Shown here in pieces: positions 36,997 to 46,593 of a stretch of 64,000 bases of DNA; the first letter of the stretch is position 1; the number at the start of each line of letters is the position of its first letter. The DNA is from Minisyncoccota bacterium (GTDB lineage: Bacteria; Patescibacteriota; Minisyncoccia; Phycocordibacterales; UBA9973). Position numbers and translations under genes: made by a program. The DNA lies in the NCBI GenBank assembly GCA_039915165.1, contig JBDSNU010000007.1:113812-177811 (forward strand), given 5' to 3'. Under the pieces are notes generated by a model, which was not told where the DNA came from, did no database searches, and saw only the letters and a program-made list of their open reading frames with translations.

Positions 36997-38284
36997 ACCA
37001 GAACCAAAAAAATCAACTCAAGAAATCGCTAGTCCAAAAGGCATGCGTGACATTATTGGCGACGACTACTACAAATTCCAGGGCTTCTTCGAAAAAGCTC
37101 AGGAAGTAGCGGTGTACTACGGCTTCACTCCTATTGAAACTCCTATTTTAGAATATGAGAATACTTTCACACGTGCTGTTGGTGAAGGCACTGATATCGT
37201 CGATAAGGAAATGTATACTCTCAAAACTAAAGGCGGTGATCACCTGGCAATGCGCCCAGAGCACACAGCAAGCTTAGTTCGCGCATACATCGAACATGGT
37301 ATGCAGAGTTTGCCACAACCACAACTCTTTTATCACAGCGGTCCAGTATTCCGTCACGACAAACCTCAGCGAGGACGATACCGACAGTTCTATCAATTTG
37401 ACGTTGATGTTCTTGGTAATGAAAAAAGTATCATCGATGCGTTGGTTATTCGTACTATCTACACTATTTTGGAAGAAGCTGGTGCAAAAAATTTGGTAGT
37501 AAATATTAACTCAATTGGTGACAAAGAATCACGTCCTGCGTATTTGAAAGAACTGGTTGCTTATTACAGAAAACATTTGAATGACCTCCCAGCTATTGAC
37601 CAAGAACGATTGAAAACAAATCCAATGCGTATCCTAGACTCAAAGGAAGAAAAAACAAAAGAAATTAACCAAAATGCTCCTGACTCAATCAGCTTCCTTT
37701 CAACTAGTGGCAAGCGTCACTTCAAAGAAGTACTTGAATGTCTTGATCAAATGGGCATCCCTTATCAAATCGACAAGTTGCTTGTACGAGGTCTTTCATA
37801 TTACACACATACCGTATTTGAAATCATGGAAACAGATGAAGATGGTCGCACACAAACTATCGCTGCTGGTGGACGCTATGATTACCTTGGCAAAGAACTT
37901 GGTGCTAAAAAAGATCTTCCGGCTATGGGTGGGTCAATTGGTATGGACCGCATCATCGAACGTCCTTGGTTCAAAGATCTTGCTCCACGTATCATGAAGA
38001 AACCAAAAGTGTATTTCATCCAAGTTGGACTTGAAGCTAAGCTTAAAAGTTTGAATGTTATCGAAGTGCTTCGTAAGGCACATATTCCTGTAATGCAGGC
38101 ATTGTCAAAAGATTCTCTTTCAGCGCAACTTGCTGTAGCAGAAAAAGCTGGCGTTCCTTACACTATTATCTTTGGTCAGAAAGAAGCAATGGAAAACTCT
38201 GTTATGGTTCGCAACATGGATACTCGCAGTCAGGATGCTGTTCCAATCGCAGAATTGCACACCTACCTTAAGTCATTGAAGTAA
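36986..38284 (+). CDS. hisS: Histidyl-tRNA synthetase. The ORF track starts it at 36962; the start at 36986 overlaps lepB by 11 nt.
   Basis: Class II motifs are present and the N-terminus is KGMRDIIGDDYY. The length is about 432 aa. Confidence 0.9.
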   Translation: MSTKPEPKKSTQEIASPKGMRDIIGDDYYKFQGFFEKAQEVAVYYGFTPIETPILEYENTFTRAVGEGTDIVDKEMYTLKTKGGDHLAMRPEHTASLVRAYIEHGMQSLPQPQLFYHSGPVFRHDKPQRGRYRQFYQFDVDVLGNEKSIIDALVIRTIYTILEEAGAKNLVVNINSIGDKESRPAYLKELVAYYRKHLNDLPAIDQERLKTNPMRILDSKEEKTKEINQNAPDSISFLSTSGKRHFKEVLECLDQMGIPYQIDKLLVRGLSYYTHTVFEIMETDEDGRTQTIAAGGRYDYLGKELGAKKDLPAMGGSIGMDRIIERPWFKDLAPRIMKKPKVYFIQVGLEAKLKSLNVIEVLRKAHIPVMQALSKDSLSAQLAVAEKAGVPYTIIFGQKEAMENSVMVRNMDTRSQDAVPIAELHTYLKSLK

Positions 38285-38285
38285 T

Positions 38286-38774
38286 ATGAAAGCTATCGTA
38301 CAAACACCTGAACCTGTGCTGCGCAAAATCGCTGCAGCAGTGCAACCTTCTGCTATTAAGAGTACATTCGTTCAAGGACTGCTCGCAGACATGAGTGATG
38401 CTATTGCTCGTGAAGAAGACGCGGTTGCTATTGCTGCACCACAGCTCGGTGAATCATTGCGCATCTTCGTTGTATCACAACGGGTAAATAAAAAGTTTGA
38501 ATCTGATTTGGTTTTTATCAACCCAGAAATTATTCGTCTTGGTAAAAACAAAACTATCATGCAAGAAGGCTGTTTGTCTGTGCGATGGAAATATGGCGAT
38601 GTGAAGCGTGCAACTACAGCCACAGTTCGCGCACTCAATGCTGAAGGTAATGAATTTGTCGTGAATGGCCGCGGACTATTAGCACAAATTTTTCAACACG
38701 AAACTGATCACCTGAATGGTATTCTATTTATCGATACTGCAAAGAATGTAGAAGATATCCCTCCTGCAAAATAA
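38286..38774 (+). CDS. def: Peptide deformylase.
   Basis: Motifs EGCLS and QHETDHLNG are present. Confidence 0.9.
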   Translation: MKAIVQTPEPVLRKIAAAVQPSAIKSTFVQGLLADMSDAIAREEDAVAIAAPQLGESLRIFVVSQRVNKKFESDLVFINPEIIRLGKNKTIMQEGCLSVRWKYGDVKRATTATVRALNAEGNEFVVNGRGLLAQIFQHETDHLNGILFIDTAKNVEDIPPAK

Positions 38775-38808
38775 ATAACGGGAGCTAAGCTCCCGTTATT
38801 TATTTTGC
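38770..38808 (+). terminator. Intrinsic terminator after def.
   Basis: aataaataacgggagc-taa-gctcccgttatttatt. Confidence 0.6.
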
Positions 38809-38849
38809 TAAGCAACACACATTCATACGATTGTGTTATCATTTATCAT

Positions 38850-39701
38850 ATGAATTACCGCTACGTATTTTTCGGAACGCCCCATATTGCAGCGCTGACA
38901 CTACAAGGTCTGAAAGATAAGGGATTGTTGCCTAGTTTGATCGTTACGGCTCCTGCACGCCCTCAGGGACGCGGTATGCACATGATTGAGACACCAGTGG
39001 CTACATTTGCAGCTATACACAATATCCCGGTTATTAGTCCTGAAAAGATTACCTCAGAAGTTATTGAGGATTTAAAAAACCGAGGTCCTTGGGATTTCTT
39101 TTTCGTCGTAGCCTATGGCAAAATCCTGCCAACTTCCCTCTTAGAAATTGTTGATAACAAAGTATTGAATCTTCACCCGTCACTTCTCCCTCTTTACCGC
39201 GGACCATCACCACTAGAGTCAGTACTGCTCAGTGATGACAAAGAAACTGGTGTAAGTATCATGGAGCTTGATGCTCTAGTGGATCATGGACCGGTAGTTG
39301 TTCAGTCATCTTTTACACTCGAACCTTCTACCACTGTAGATGCACTAACAGAAGAAAGTGCACGCATCGGTAGTGAACTTTTTGTAAATAACATTGAAGC
39401 GTATTTAAATAAAACTATTACTCCTACGGAGCAAGATCATGATACTCACACTCATACTCGCAAGTACATCAAAGCTGATGGATTGATCACTGACGATATG
39501 TCGCACTGGACTAAATGGAAAACATTTCGTGCATTGGGCAATCGCGGCTGGGTACATTTCATCACCGAGAAGCATGGTGAATCGTTGCAGATAAAAATAA
39601 CAAAAGCCTCATACCAGGATGAGACTTTTGTTATCGATGAAGTTATTCCGGAAAATGGTAAGCGTCAGTCGTATACTGATTTCTTACATTCCCTTAACTA
39701 A
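38850..39701 (+). CDS. fmt: Methionyl-tRNA formyltransferase.
   Basis: The N-terminus is MNYRYVFFGTP and the SLLP motif is HPSLLPLYRGPSP. The track ORF starts at 38805. Confidence 0.85.
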   Translation: MNYRYVFFGTPHIAALTLQGLKDKGLLPSLIVTAPARPQGRGMHMIETPVATFAAIHNIPVISPEKITSEVIEDLKNRGPWDFFFVVAYGKILPTSLLEIVDNKVLNLHPSLLPLYRGPSPLESVLLSDDKETGVSIMELDALVDHGPVVVQSSFTLEPSTTVDALTEESARIGSELFVNNIEAYLNKTITPTEQDHDTHTHTRKYIKADGLITDDMSHWTKWKTFRALGNRGWVHFITEKHGESLQIKITKASYQDETFVIDEVIPENGKRQSYTDFLHSLN

Positions 39702-40037
39702 TCGTTTCAATGTTGCTGCTCCTCGACGGAACAATGTTTGTGAGCGCGCTTTACCCCCTTTGATTTCTCGAATTATTTCAGTGCGAACATCATCGATTGC
39801 TTCATAGAGATCAGTCTTTTCAGATGAAGCATTGTATTGCTTTCCTAAAGGCGTTGTAACATTTACTTCAGCTTTGTACACGTCACCATTTTTGTGATGC
39901 ATGGTAGTTTTGCCAATTTCAACGGCGATAATACAGTCGCCTTCAGTGTATTTGGTAATACTACTAAGACGCTTCTCTGTATAATCTGTTAATGCGGGAG
40001 TAAGTTCTATTAGGGTACTTTTTATACTTATGCTCAT
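39684..40037 (-). CDS. hpf: Ribosome hibernation promoting factor (short HPF/RaiA).
   Basis: 117 aa with the sigma-54 modulation protein fold pattern (ISIKSTLIELTPALTDYTEKRL). Confidence 0.8.
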   Translation of the reverse strand: MSISIKSTLIELTPALTDYTEKRLSSITKYTEGDCIIAVEIGKTTMHHKNGDVYKAEVNVTTPLGKQYNASSEKTDLYEAIDDVRTEIIREIKGGKARSQTLFRRGAATLKRLVKGM

Positions 40038-40063
40038 ATACCCTATTATACTCCATTAATGGA

Positions 40064-41131
40064 TTATTTCTTCCACGCAGTAGGAGCTGCGAGAGTTTTG
40101 CCACTCTTCACCATATCAGCTTCTGTTTCAACGATCACTTCTGCCATGATTGAAACTGCTTCAACAGCGAATTCACCGAGTGAACTTTCTTCTGAAAGCA
40201 TTGTTGCATCTGCACCTGAGTATACAGCGTTTGCAATGTCAGAAACTTCAGCACGTGTTGGCACTGGAGCCTTGATCATTGATTCAAGCATTTGAGTTGC
40301 AACGATAACTGGCTTACCTACTGCATTACACTTTTCGATAAGCATCTTTGTTACTGCTGGAACTTTTGCATGTCCGATCTCAACAGCAAGGTCACCGCGA
40401 GCTACCATAACGATATCTGTAGCAGCAATGATTTCATCAATTTTTTCTACTGACTCGGGAGTTTCGATCTTTGCAACGATTGGCTGACTGCCACCGTGCT
40501 GTGTGATCAATGCGCGAAGTTCTTCAATATCTTTTGCTGTACGAACGAATGAAAGAGCGATAAAGTCCACACCCATTTTCACTGCGAATTCTAGATCGCC
40601 TTTATCCTTTTCTGTTAGAGCAGAAATAGTAAGGAATGCATTTGGAAGATTCACTCCACGACGTCCTTTGATAACACCCCCAACTTCAACTGTTGTGTAC
40701 ATGTCACCGTTTTCAACCTTGTCTACCACAAGCTTGCGACGACCATCATCGAGCATGATCACCTGCCCTGGCTTCATTTCTGAAACGATTTCTGGGAAGT
40801 TGAAAAATACTTTGTTTACATCACCTTCACATGGAGTTGTTGAAAGGATGAACTGAGCACCAGGAACGAGTTCAACTGGGCCATTAGCAAAGTCACCGAT
40901 ACGGATCTTTGGACCAGAGAGGTCAAGCAAGATTTCGATAGGCATACCAGCTTCAGCAGCACCTGCACGAATGTTTTCGATGCGAGCCTGGTGAATAGTT
41001 TGGTCATCATGACTCATATTTGTACGAGCAATGTTTACACCAGCCTTTAACAGCTTAGTGAAGTTTTCTTTTGATTCTGATCCTGGACCAATAGTGGCCA
41101 CGATTTTTGTTTTTCTAGCAATTTGTGACAT
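40064..41131 (-). CDS. pyk: Pyruvate kinase, core only (no C-terminal allosteric domain).
   Basis: TKIVATIGPGS...NIARTNMSHD N-terminus and K/Mg site region. The length is 355 aa. Confidence 0.8.
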   Translation of the reverse strand: MSQIARKTKIVATIGPGSESKENFTKLLKAGVNIARTNMSHDDQTIHQARIENIRAGAAEAGMPIEILLDLSGPKIRIGDFANGPVELVPGAQFILSTTPCEGDVNKVFFNFPEIVSEMKPGQVIMLDDGRRKLVVDKVENGDMYTTVEVGGVIKGRRGVNLPNAFLTISALTEKDKGDLEFAVKMGVDFIALSFVRTAKDIEELRALITQHGGSQPIVAKIETPESVEKIDEIIAATDIVMVARGDLAVEIGHAKVPAVTKMLIEKCNAVGKPVIVATQMLESMIKAPVPTRAEVSDIANAVYSGADATMLSEESSLGEFAVEAVSIMAEVIVETEADMVKSGKTLAAPTAWKK

Positions 41132-41179
41132 AATTTTTTGGGTTATTTGAAATAATTAAAAGCAGTGTAGTATAGCCTT

Positions 41180-41470
41180 ATGGGCAAGATTTTGGCAATA
41201 GTCTTTTTAATACTGTTTATATGGGTAGCGATACCTCATATTGCAAAGGGCGAATGGATCGCCCCGACTGCTATTGCGCCTAACTCTTGGCTAGCAGGCA
41301 ATTCTTATAATAACCAGCTAGCAAATGCGTCCTTTGGCGCGCCGGAGGTATCGAAGGCGGCTGCTTCACCTGTTCAAGGATATGGCTGGTTCCATTTCGA
41401 CTTCTGGAAACATGACCCCTCTGCTCCAGGCCGCGTGGTAACCAAAAGCGACTTTTCCCTACGACTATAG
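41180..41470 (+). CDS. Hypothetical small secreted protein.
   Basis: An N-terminal hydrophobic signal is present. No homology was recognised. Confidence 0.3.
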   Translation: MGKILAIVFLILFIWVAIPHIAKGEWIAPTAIAPNSWLAGNSYNNQLANASFGAPEVSKAAASPVQGYGWFHFDFWKHDPSAPGRVVTKSDFSLRL

Positions 41471-41563
41471 CCAGCACCAAAAATCGTTGAAATCGTAAAT
41501 AAATAATGCTATAGTGCAGTGCACTTTATTCCCTTCCTGAGGGACAAAGCCTGTCACACAATA

Positions 41564-41635
41564 TTCCCCTGTAGCTCAGCGGTAGAGCGGTCGCCTGTTA
41601 AGCGATTGGCCGTAAGTTCGAATCTTACCGGGGGA
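41564..41635 (+). tRNA. tRNA-Asn (GTT).
   Basis: Acceptor stem TCCCCTG/CGGGGGA. D arm GCTC-AGCGGTA-GAGC. Anticodon arm GTCGC-CTGTTAA-GCGAT. T arm GTAAG-TTCGAAT-CTTAC. Confidence 0.75.
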
Positions 41636-41698
41636 GCTAAGTGTTTATCGTGAAAGTGACCTATCCGCGTCCGGATAAGCCATTTTCTAGCGAGTTAA

Positions 41699-41759
41699 GT
41701 AACACACCAAAAAAGCCACAATGACTTAACCCACAATTGTGGCTTTTTTGGTGTGTTAC
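41699..41759. terminator. 24-bp perfect-stem hairpin between tRNA-Asn and the ABC/IS chimeric gene.
   Basis: gtaacacaccaaaaaagccacaat-(13 nt)-attgtggcttttttggtgtgttac. Confidence 0.7.
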
Positions 41760-41762
41760 TTT

Positions 41763-42602
41763 TTAATCAGGCAAGAATCCACCTGACTGCATTTTCCATA
41801 AATGAGCATACTTTCCATTCTGTTGAAGCAATTCTTCATGCGTACCATCCTCAACAATTTTTCCACCTTCCACAAATACAATACGGTCCATTGATTGAAG
41901 TGTCGAGAGTCGGTGAGCAATAGCAATGACTGTCTTCCCTTTCATTAGAATGGTTAATGCTTCTTGTACCTTTCCCTCACTTTCGCTATCAAGGGCACTC
42001 GTTGCTTCATCGAGAATAAATAGCGGGCTGTTCTTAAGTATGGCTCGAGCAATTGCAATACGCTGTCGTTGTCCACCCGAAAGCTTCACGCCCCGTTCAC
42101 CGACAACAGTGTTGTAGCCTTTTGGCAATGTTGAAATAAAGTCATCGGCATAGGCCATCTTTCCTGCTTGTTCGACTACTTCTCTTGAAGCCTCGGATGA
42201 GCCGTAGCGAATGTTTTCAGCAATCGTCGTATGGAAGAGCGATGTATCCTGAGAAATAAAAGAAATATGAGAACGGAGAGAATCTTGGGTCATTGTTGTT
42301 ATATCCACATCATTAATTTTTATTGTTCCACTTTGTGGGTCAAAGAACCTCAATAAAAGATTTATCGCCGTAGTCTTTCCCGCGCCGCTCAAGCTTGGCT
42401 TGAAGCCGCATAGCAGATGAACGTGGTCACCGTCGGTGCCGATGGCTTCGAACTCGATGTCGTAGCGTTCCTGGATGGAGCGGGAAATCTCCAGAATCGC
42501 TCTGTCTATCCGTGGCGTCAGCAGCGCCTTGCGGTACTTTAACGGAAAGACTATGTGATAGTGGGTGTCGTACGTGCTGTGGTTTGCGCTCTTGTTCGCC
42601 AT
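41763..42602 (-). pseudogene. Chimeric ORF. An IS200/IS605 TnpA N-terminal fragment (about 64 aa) is fused in frame to the C-terminal nucleotide-binding domain of an ABC exporter whose TMD is missing.
   Basis: The N-terminus HYHIVFPLKYRKALL...GDHVHLL matches the TnpA HuH motif. Walker A is LSGAGKTT, the signature is LSGGQRQRIAIARA, Walker B is ILDEATSALD and the H-loop is IAHRLST. GC content changes sharply at about 42405. Confidence 0.7.
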
Positions 42603-42700
42603 GGTTCGAGTCTATATGAAAACCTTAGGTTTTCATACTTTCCGAAAAGGAAACCCCGCAGCAAGCTGCGGGGAATTTGGGGGTTTAAAGACTAATATAA
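42410..42700 (-). mobile_element. IS200/IS605-family remnant: left-end hairpin plus the 5' part of tnpA.
   Basis: The subterminal hairpin ccccgcagc-aa-gctgcgggg lies upstream of the tnpA start. The segment is high-GC relative to its flanks. Confidence 0.55.
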
Positions 42701-42815
42701 CATCTAAATCTTTTACTTCCTGATATCTATTTTTTACCTCATCAAATAGTTCTTTGTATCTTTCAAAACCAACATTCATAGATTAATTATTATATAAATT
42801 GTACGTCTTAATGTA

Positions 42816-43103
42816 TTAGGACAGGTGAACCAATCGCTTATCCGTGATGGTTTTATGAAGCTTGTCGCGCTCGATTGTTCGCGCTATTTCAGGTATTCCT
42901 AGAGCTGAGGATGGAATATCACAAATCATATTACCGTGAAGATCAATGATCGCTCCTTTTTGAACAAGCGTGGTCTCGTTCCAAAAAGAATCGCCAAGAT
43001 TAAATTTTTGCATGATTCGCAGACCGTTACCATTCTTGTCCTGAAACACTGAAGACGTTTCTGTGCCATGCAGCGTCCGTTCCACTGCGCCTCCAACAGG
43101 CAC
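42816..43103 (-). pseudogene. Orphan C-terminal fragment of a paralog of the 43367-43996 gene (low GC).
   Basis: It shares the SSVFQ[DG]K[ND]G segment and a 28-bp near-identical nucleotide patch with the upstream gene. Confidence 0.45.
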
Positions 43104-43366
43104 GCGCTGTATTTTATGCGGGAGCGTCGTACTCCACTACTGCATGACACCAGATATATTTTTTTAATATGTATCCTTCACGCACCACCCTGACGCAGAC
43201 CTCGACCTGCGCCAATCCCGATGTGATCGGATAGAAACCTTCGCCCGAAGCCGTGACCGCAGGCATGTCAAAAATCTCGGCTTTAGTATATCAAAATAAA
43301 ATTAAACGCAAAAAGAGCCCAAGGTACAAAGTATCCAAGGGCTCAATAGTTTTAGAGGCAAAATCC

Positions 43367-43996
43367 TCAAGGTTTTTCTGCGAGAAACATCCAGTCAACG
43401 TCAGCAAACCAGTGGCCATCAACAACCACCAGGCTAAGCCTGCGCCTGCCATCGTCACGACTGACGCACAGGAAGCAACGGCGACCATCCTTGCCCTGAA
43501 ACACTGAACTTTCAGCGTTTTCTGCGGCGACAAAGTCTTTGCCGGCAAGTTCTGCGGGAAGCTTGTTTTCGGGAACGGCAGCCATGGCACCGGTTAAGTA
43601 GTTTGGTGCACTTTTGCATAAGGTCAGGCCGAACTTGTTCACGTACGCTTCCTCGTCGCCACTGTCCACGTTTTCGGTGACAGGGACGAAGTAGATGCGC
43701 TTTGCGCCAGCTGCTTCCAGTAACGGAATGCGGTCGTGATCATCGCTGATCCAATCGTACACGCTGTCGTAGTTTCCTTTCTCGATCGCCAGAGCGATGT
43801 TATTAATCGGATCTACAACAACAGAATACAAATCCTGAATCTTCGCTTCGCGGTCGGCCAATAGCTTGCCGAGGTTTTTCAGATCGTCTTCGGTGAGGAA
43901 TTCGATCGCTTTGTCGGAACCTTTGGCGTCCGTGATTCCTTGCCTCACCAAGACTGCGTAGTCTGAGTCGGCAATGATAAGAATTGTTTCGGGCAT
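43367..43996 (-). CDS. Hypothetical protein in the high-GC island. The probable start is MPETILIIADSDYAV at 43996; the ORF track extends it to 44134.
   Basis: 210-aa ORF at about 52% GC. No confident family assignment. Confidence 0.4.
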   Translation of the reverse strand: MPETILIIADSDYAVLVRQGITDAKGSDKAIEFLTEDDLKNLGKLLADREAKIQDLYSVVVDPINNIALAIEKGNYDSVYDWISDDHDRIPLLEAAGAKRIYFVPVTENVDSGDEEAYVNKFGLTLCKSAPNYLTGAMAAVPENKLPAELAGKDFVAAENAESSVFQGKDGRRCFLCVSRDDGRRRLSLVVVDGHWFADVDWMFLAEKP

Positions 43997-44155
43997 TAGT
44001 ATGTTTTTACAGTGTTTTGAAAAGAAATACGTTTTTAGTATCATAGCATGAATTGAGTATAAAGTCAATGATTTAAAGGCTATGCCCAAAAAGCCTCGTT
44101 TTTTCGCCACGACTACACATTTTCCCCGATCCAAGCTAAGGTACCCAAACCTTCC

Positions 44156-44623
44156 TTAACAAAGCCCCATGCCTCCATTCTCCCTCACCCAGTCCACCCA
44201 CACGTCAAAGTCCCTGTTATTCTCCATGATCGCAAGCGACCTGATGACCGCCATCGCAAACGCATCGGCCAGGTCGTCATGTCCCTCGATGCCAAATCCG
44301 GTCAGTTGGCTGACGAGCTCCTCCGCGCCATGCCTCGGGAACTGGATAATTCCTGTCTGTATGTAGTGCGAGGTCATGGCAAGGCGCGAGCGCTTGTCGG
44401 TCGTGTTCTTCACGCCTTCCACCTGTACTCCTGATCCAGAGAGCTGGTCCGCATAGATTTCCTGAAAGCCGTTCGACTCGATCACCACCAACGGTTCCAT
44501 GTCATACGGCAGGTTCTTTGCGAGCATCCGTATCGTCCTCGTTGTTTCGGGATACGGCATTCGCTTGTTGATTGGATTTGGCAGGATGTACATTTTGATG
44601 TCCCTGTCCTTCTGATGCAGCAC
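44156..44623 (-). pseudogene. Phage terminase large subunit C-terminal nuclease domain fragment (ATPase domain missing).
   Basis: The C-terminal HDDLADAFAMAV motif and RNaseH-like nuclease domain pattern are present. Only 155 aa remain. Confidence 0.55.
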
Positions 44624-44680
44624 GCCCGTGACGACTGCCGAACAGTGCGGTCTTTGCCGATACTCAACAGCAAATCAGCG

Positions 44681-45085
44681 CTAGGATTCTTCATGATGTT
44701 CTTCGGACACAATGCCCGCCAATTTCAATGCCTGCTCGACCAATACCTTTTGTTCCGGAGACATCTCGTGAATGGTTTCCAATCTTCCATCAATCTGTAC
44801 CTTTGTTTTGTAGTCGCCATGGTGGTGCTTGAGCCAGTACATGATCGCAGCCAGATTACGATCCTTGACCGCGCCGATGAGCTGGGACTCTGCCACGTCA
44901 TTGATGAGCAAGCGTCCTTCGCTGACTGCCTGGTCGGCTGATGTGGCGAATGCCTCGTCCTCCGCTTTCCATCGGTAAAAAGTTGCTCGTGAGATATCGA
45001 GCTTTTCGCAGGCGATCTGAACAATCGGTGTTTTCCGCAGTTGCTCCAGAAGCAGAGCTTTGTTTTCTTCGGTGGTTTTATTCAT
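44681..45085 (-). CDS. Phage terminase small subunit-like HTH protein.
   Basis: IACEKLDISRATFYRWKAEDEAF is the HTH typical of terminase small subunits. The gene sits directly upstream of the terminase large fragment. Confidence 0.55.
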   Translation of the reverse strand: MNKTTEENKALLLEQLRKTPIVQIACEKLDISRATFYRWKAEDEAFATSADQAVSEGRLLINDVAESQLIGAVKDRNLAAIMYWLKHHHGDYKTKVQIDGRLETIHEMSPEQKVLVEQALKLAGIVSEEHHEES

Positions 45086-45638
45086 AGAGCAATGTGGGCT
45101 GTATCTTCGTCAGTTTCTCAAATCGATCCATGACGGTCTGGCAGTATTCAATATCAAGCTCGACTCCAAGACACACTCGGTGGGTTTGTTCGCACGCAAT
45201 GAGTGTTGAACCGCTCCCAAGAAAGCAGTCGTAGACAACTTCATTAATATTTGTGCTGTTGAGAATGAGATTCCGCAGAAGCGGTATCGGCTTCATGGTC
45301 GGGTGCAGACTGCTTTTCGTCGGGCGAGGATAGAAGAGATCGCACCAGACGAAGACATGCGTATCCATCTTTGAAATCTCCAAGCCGTTGCCGATTATGT
45401 TCTTCAGAAATGTTTTGTACTCATCGTCGGGCTTGCTGTCATCGACTGACCCGCCATAGTGCTGCCTGCGTCCGACGCCCTTGTTGTAGTCGAGAGAGAT
45501 GTTGTACGGCGGGTCGAAGTACAGCATGGAGACGTTCACGCAGGTGCTTTCTTTTTGTTCGAGGCGAACCCCGGCAATGCTGTTACCGGGGTTGGGAGCA
45601 AATAAAAAAGCTCCATCCTTTACCCAACCTCGTTGCAA
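45078..45638 (-). pseudogene. Phage-type N6-adenine/N4-cytosine DNA methyltransferase (beta-class order: DPPY before FxGxG), probably N-terminally truncated.
   Basis: Motif IV is LYFDPPY and motif I is CFLGSGSTLIA. High GC. Confidence 0.6.
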
Positions 45639-45639
45639 G

Positions 45640-45877
45640 AGAGCTGGAAAAATCAGGAATGGTTATAGAACGACTGGAGCCATGGAAAGGCAAAGTTACA
45701 TTCAAAGATGTGGGGGCCCTTGTATTTATGCTCAAGGCTGTGCCATGGACTGTAGGTGATTTCAGTGTCATTAAACACCGAGAGGTATTAGAAAAGCTAA
45801 AAAAAGATATTGATAAGAACGGAAAATTAACTTTTGCTGAGAGTAAGTATTTAATAATTGCAAAGAAAAAAGTCTAG
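45640..45877 (+). pseudogene. C-terminal remnant of a native class I SAM-dependent methyltransferase, cut by the high-GC insertion.
   Basis: The low-GC tail ...ERLEPWKGKVTFKDVGALVFMLKAVPWTVGDFSV resembles the C-termini of type-11 methyltransferases. The upstream part of the ORF is out of context and high-GC. Confidence 0.45.
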
Positions 45878-45895
45878 TTTCCTGCTAGTAAAGTC

Positions 45896-45923
45896 TTTCG
45901 AACATCGTCCAGGGTTCGGAGCA
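45896..45923. repeat. Copy 1 of a 27-28 nt imperfect-palindromic direct repeat.
   Basis: tttcgaacatcgtccagggttcggagca. Confidence 0.85.
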
Positions 45924-46240
45924 CTTGACAATGTATTTAAAATACATATTGTTTATATGGGACTCAAAAACAGTTAGTATATTTAAAGAACTTAATGGCA
46001 TGTTAATCTCGACATGGTCATTAATTAGTAAGGCGGTTCTTACCCTTTTGCCAAAAGTATGCTCAATCAATGAGCGAAATTGAAAATAAAGGATTCTTTA
46101 GGCGCCTCTTAGAGAATTTCTTTGAGATTAAAGAAATTAAAATAGATAAGGAGAATAATCTGTCCTGTCTATTCCCTCGGTTACCACAAAGCCCACCTCT
46201 CACAATGTGATGTTAAGGGCTTTTTTATTTGACCAAGCAG

Positions 46241-46268
46241 TTTCGAACATCGTCCAGCGTTCGGAGCA
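46241..46268. repeat. Copy 2 of the same repeat.
   Basis: tttcgaacatcgtccagcgttcggagca. Confidence 0.85.
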
Positions 46269-46593
46269 TTTGAGCGAAAACAAAAGTACCCTTCACTGGG
46301 TATTTTTGCTTTTCCGAAAATGCGAACCCCGGGAAGTGGTTACCGTGGGAGTAATAAAAAAACCACCCGTCGTATATCATCGAATCGGGTGGTTTAGAAA
46401 AGAATTATCCCCTACTACTTACGGGAAATTGTACTGGTTTTCCAGGTACTACACTGGCTGAAGTTTTTTTATCTTTTGCAGCTTTTTGTAGCTCGTAAAA
46501 ATTTACCGCATCTTTTCCAGTTAGGATCGGTGTCTCTTTAAGTGGTTTTGCCATAACTTTTAACTATTTTCATTACTTTAACACAAAAGTTGT

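Noticed and set aside
42629-42779. 48-aa minus-strand ORF (MNVGFERYKELFDEVKNRYQEVKDLDVILVFKPPNSPQLAAGFPFRKV) upstream of the IS200 left end.
   Set aside because: It is probably a severed N-terminal stub of whatever gene the IS remnant displaced. It runs into the IS hairpin and ends abruptly, so it is not reported as a gene.
43025-43510. The 28-bp direct repeats flanking a 437-bp segment, considered as target-site duplications of a small insertion element (MITE-like).
   Set aside because: Both copies lie in frame within homologous protein-coding C-termini (SSVFQ-x-K-x-G), and the segment between encodes the end of one gene. A paralog-recombination junction explains them better than a TSD.
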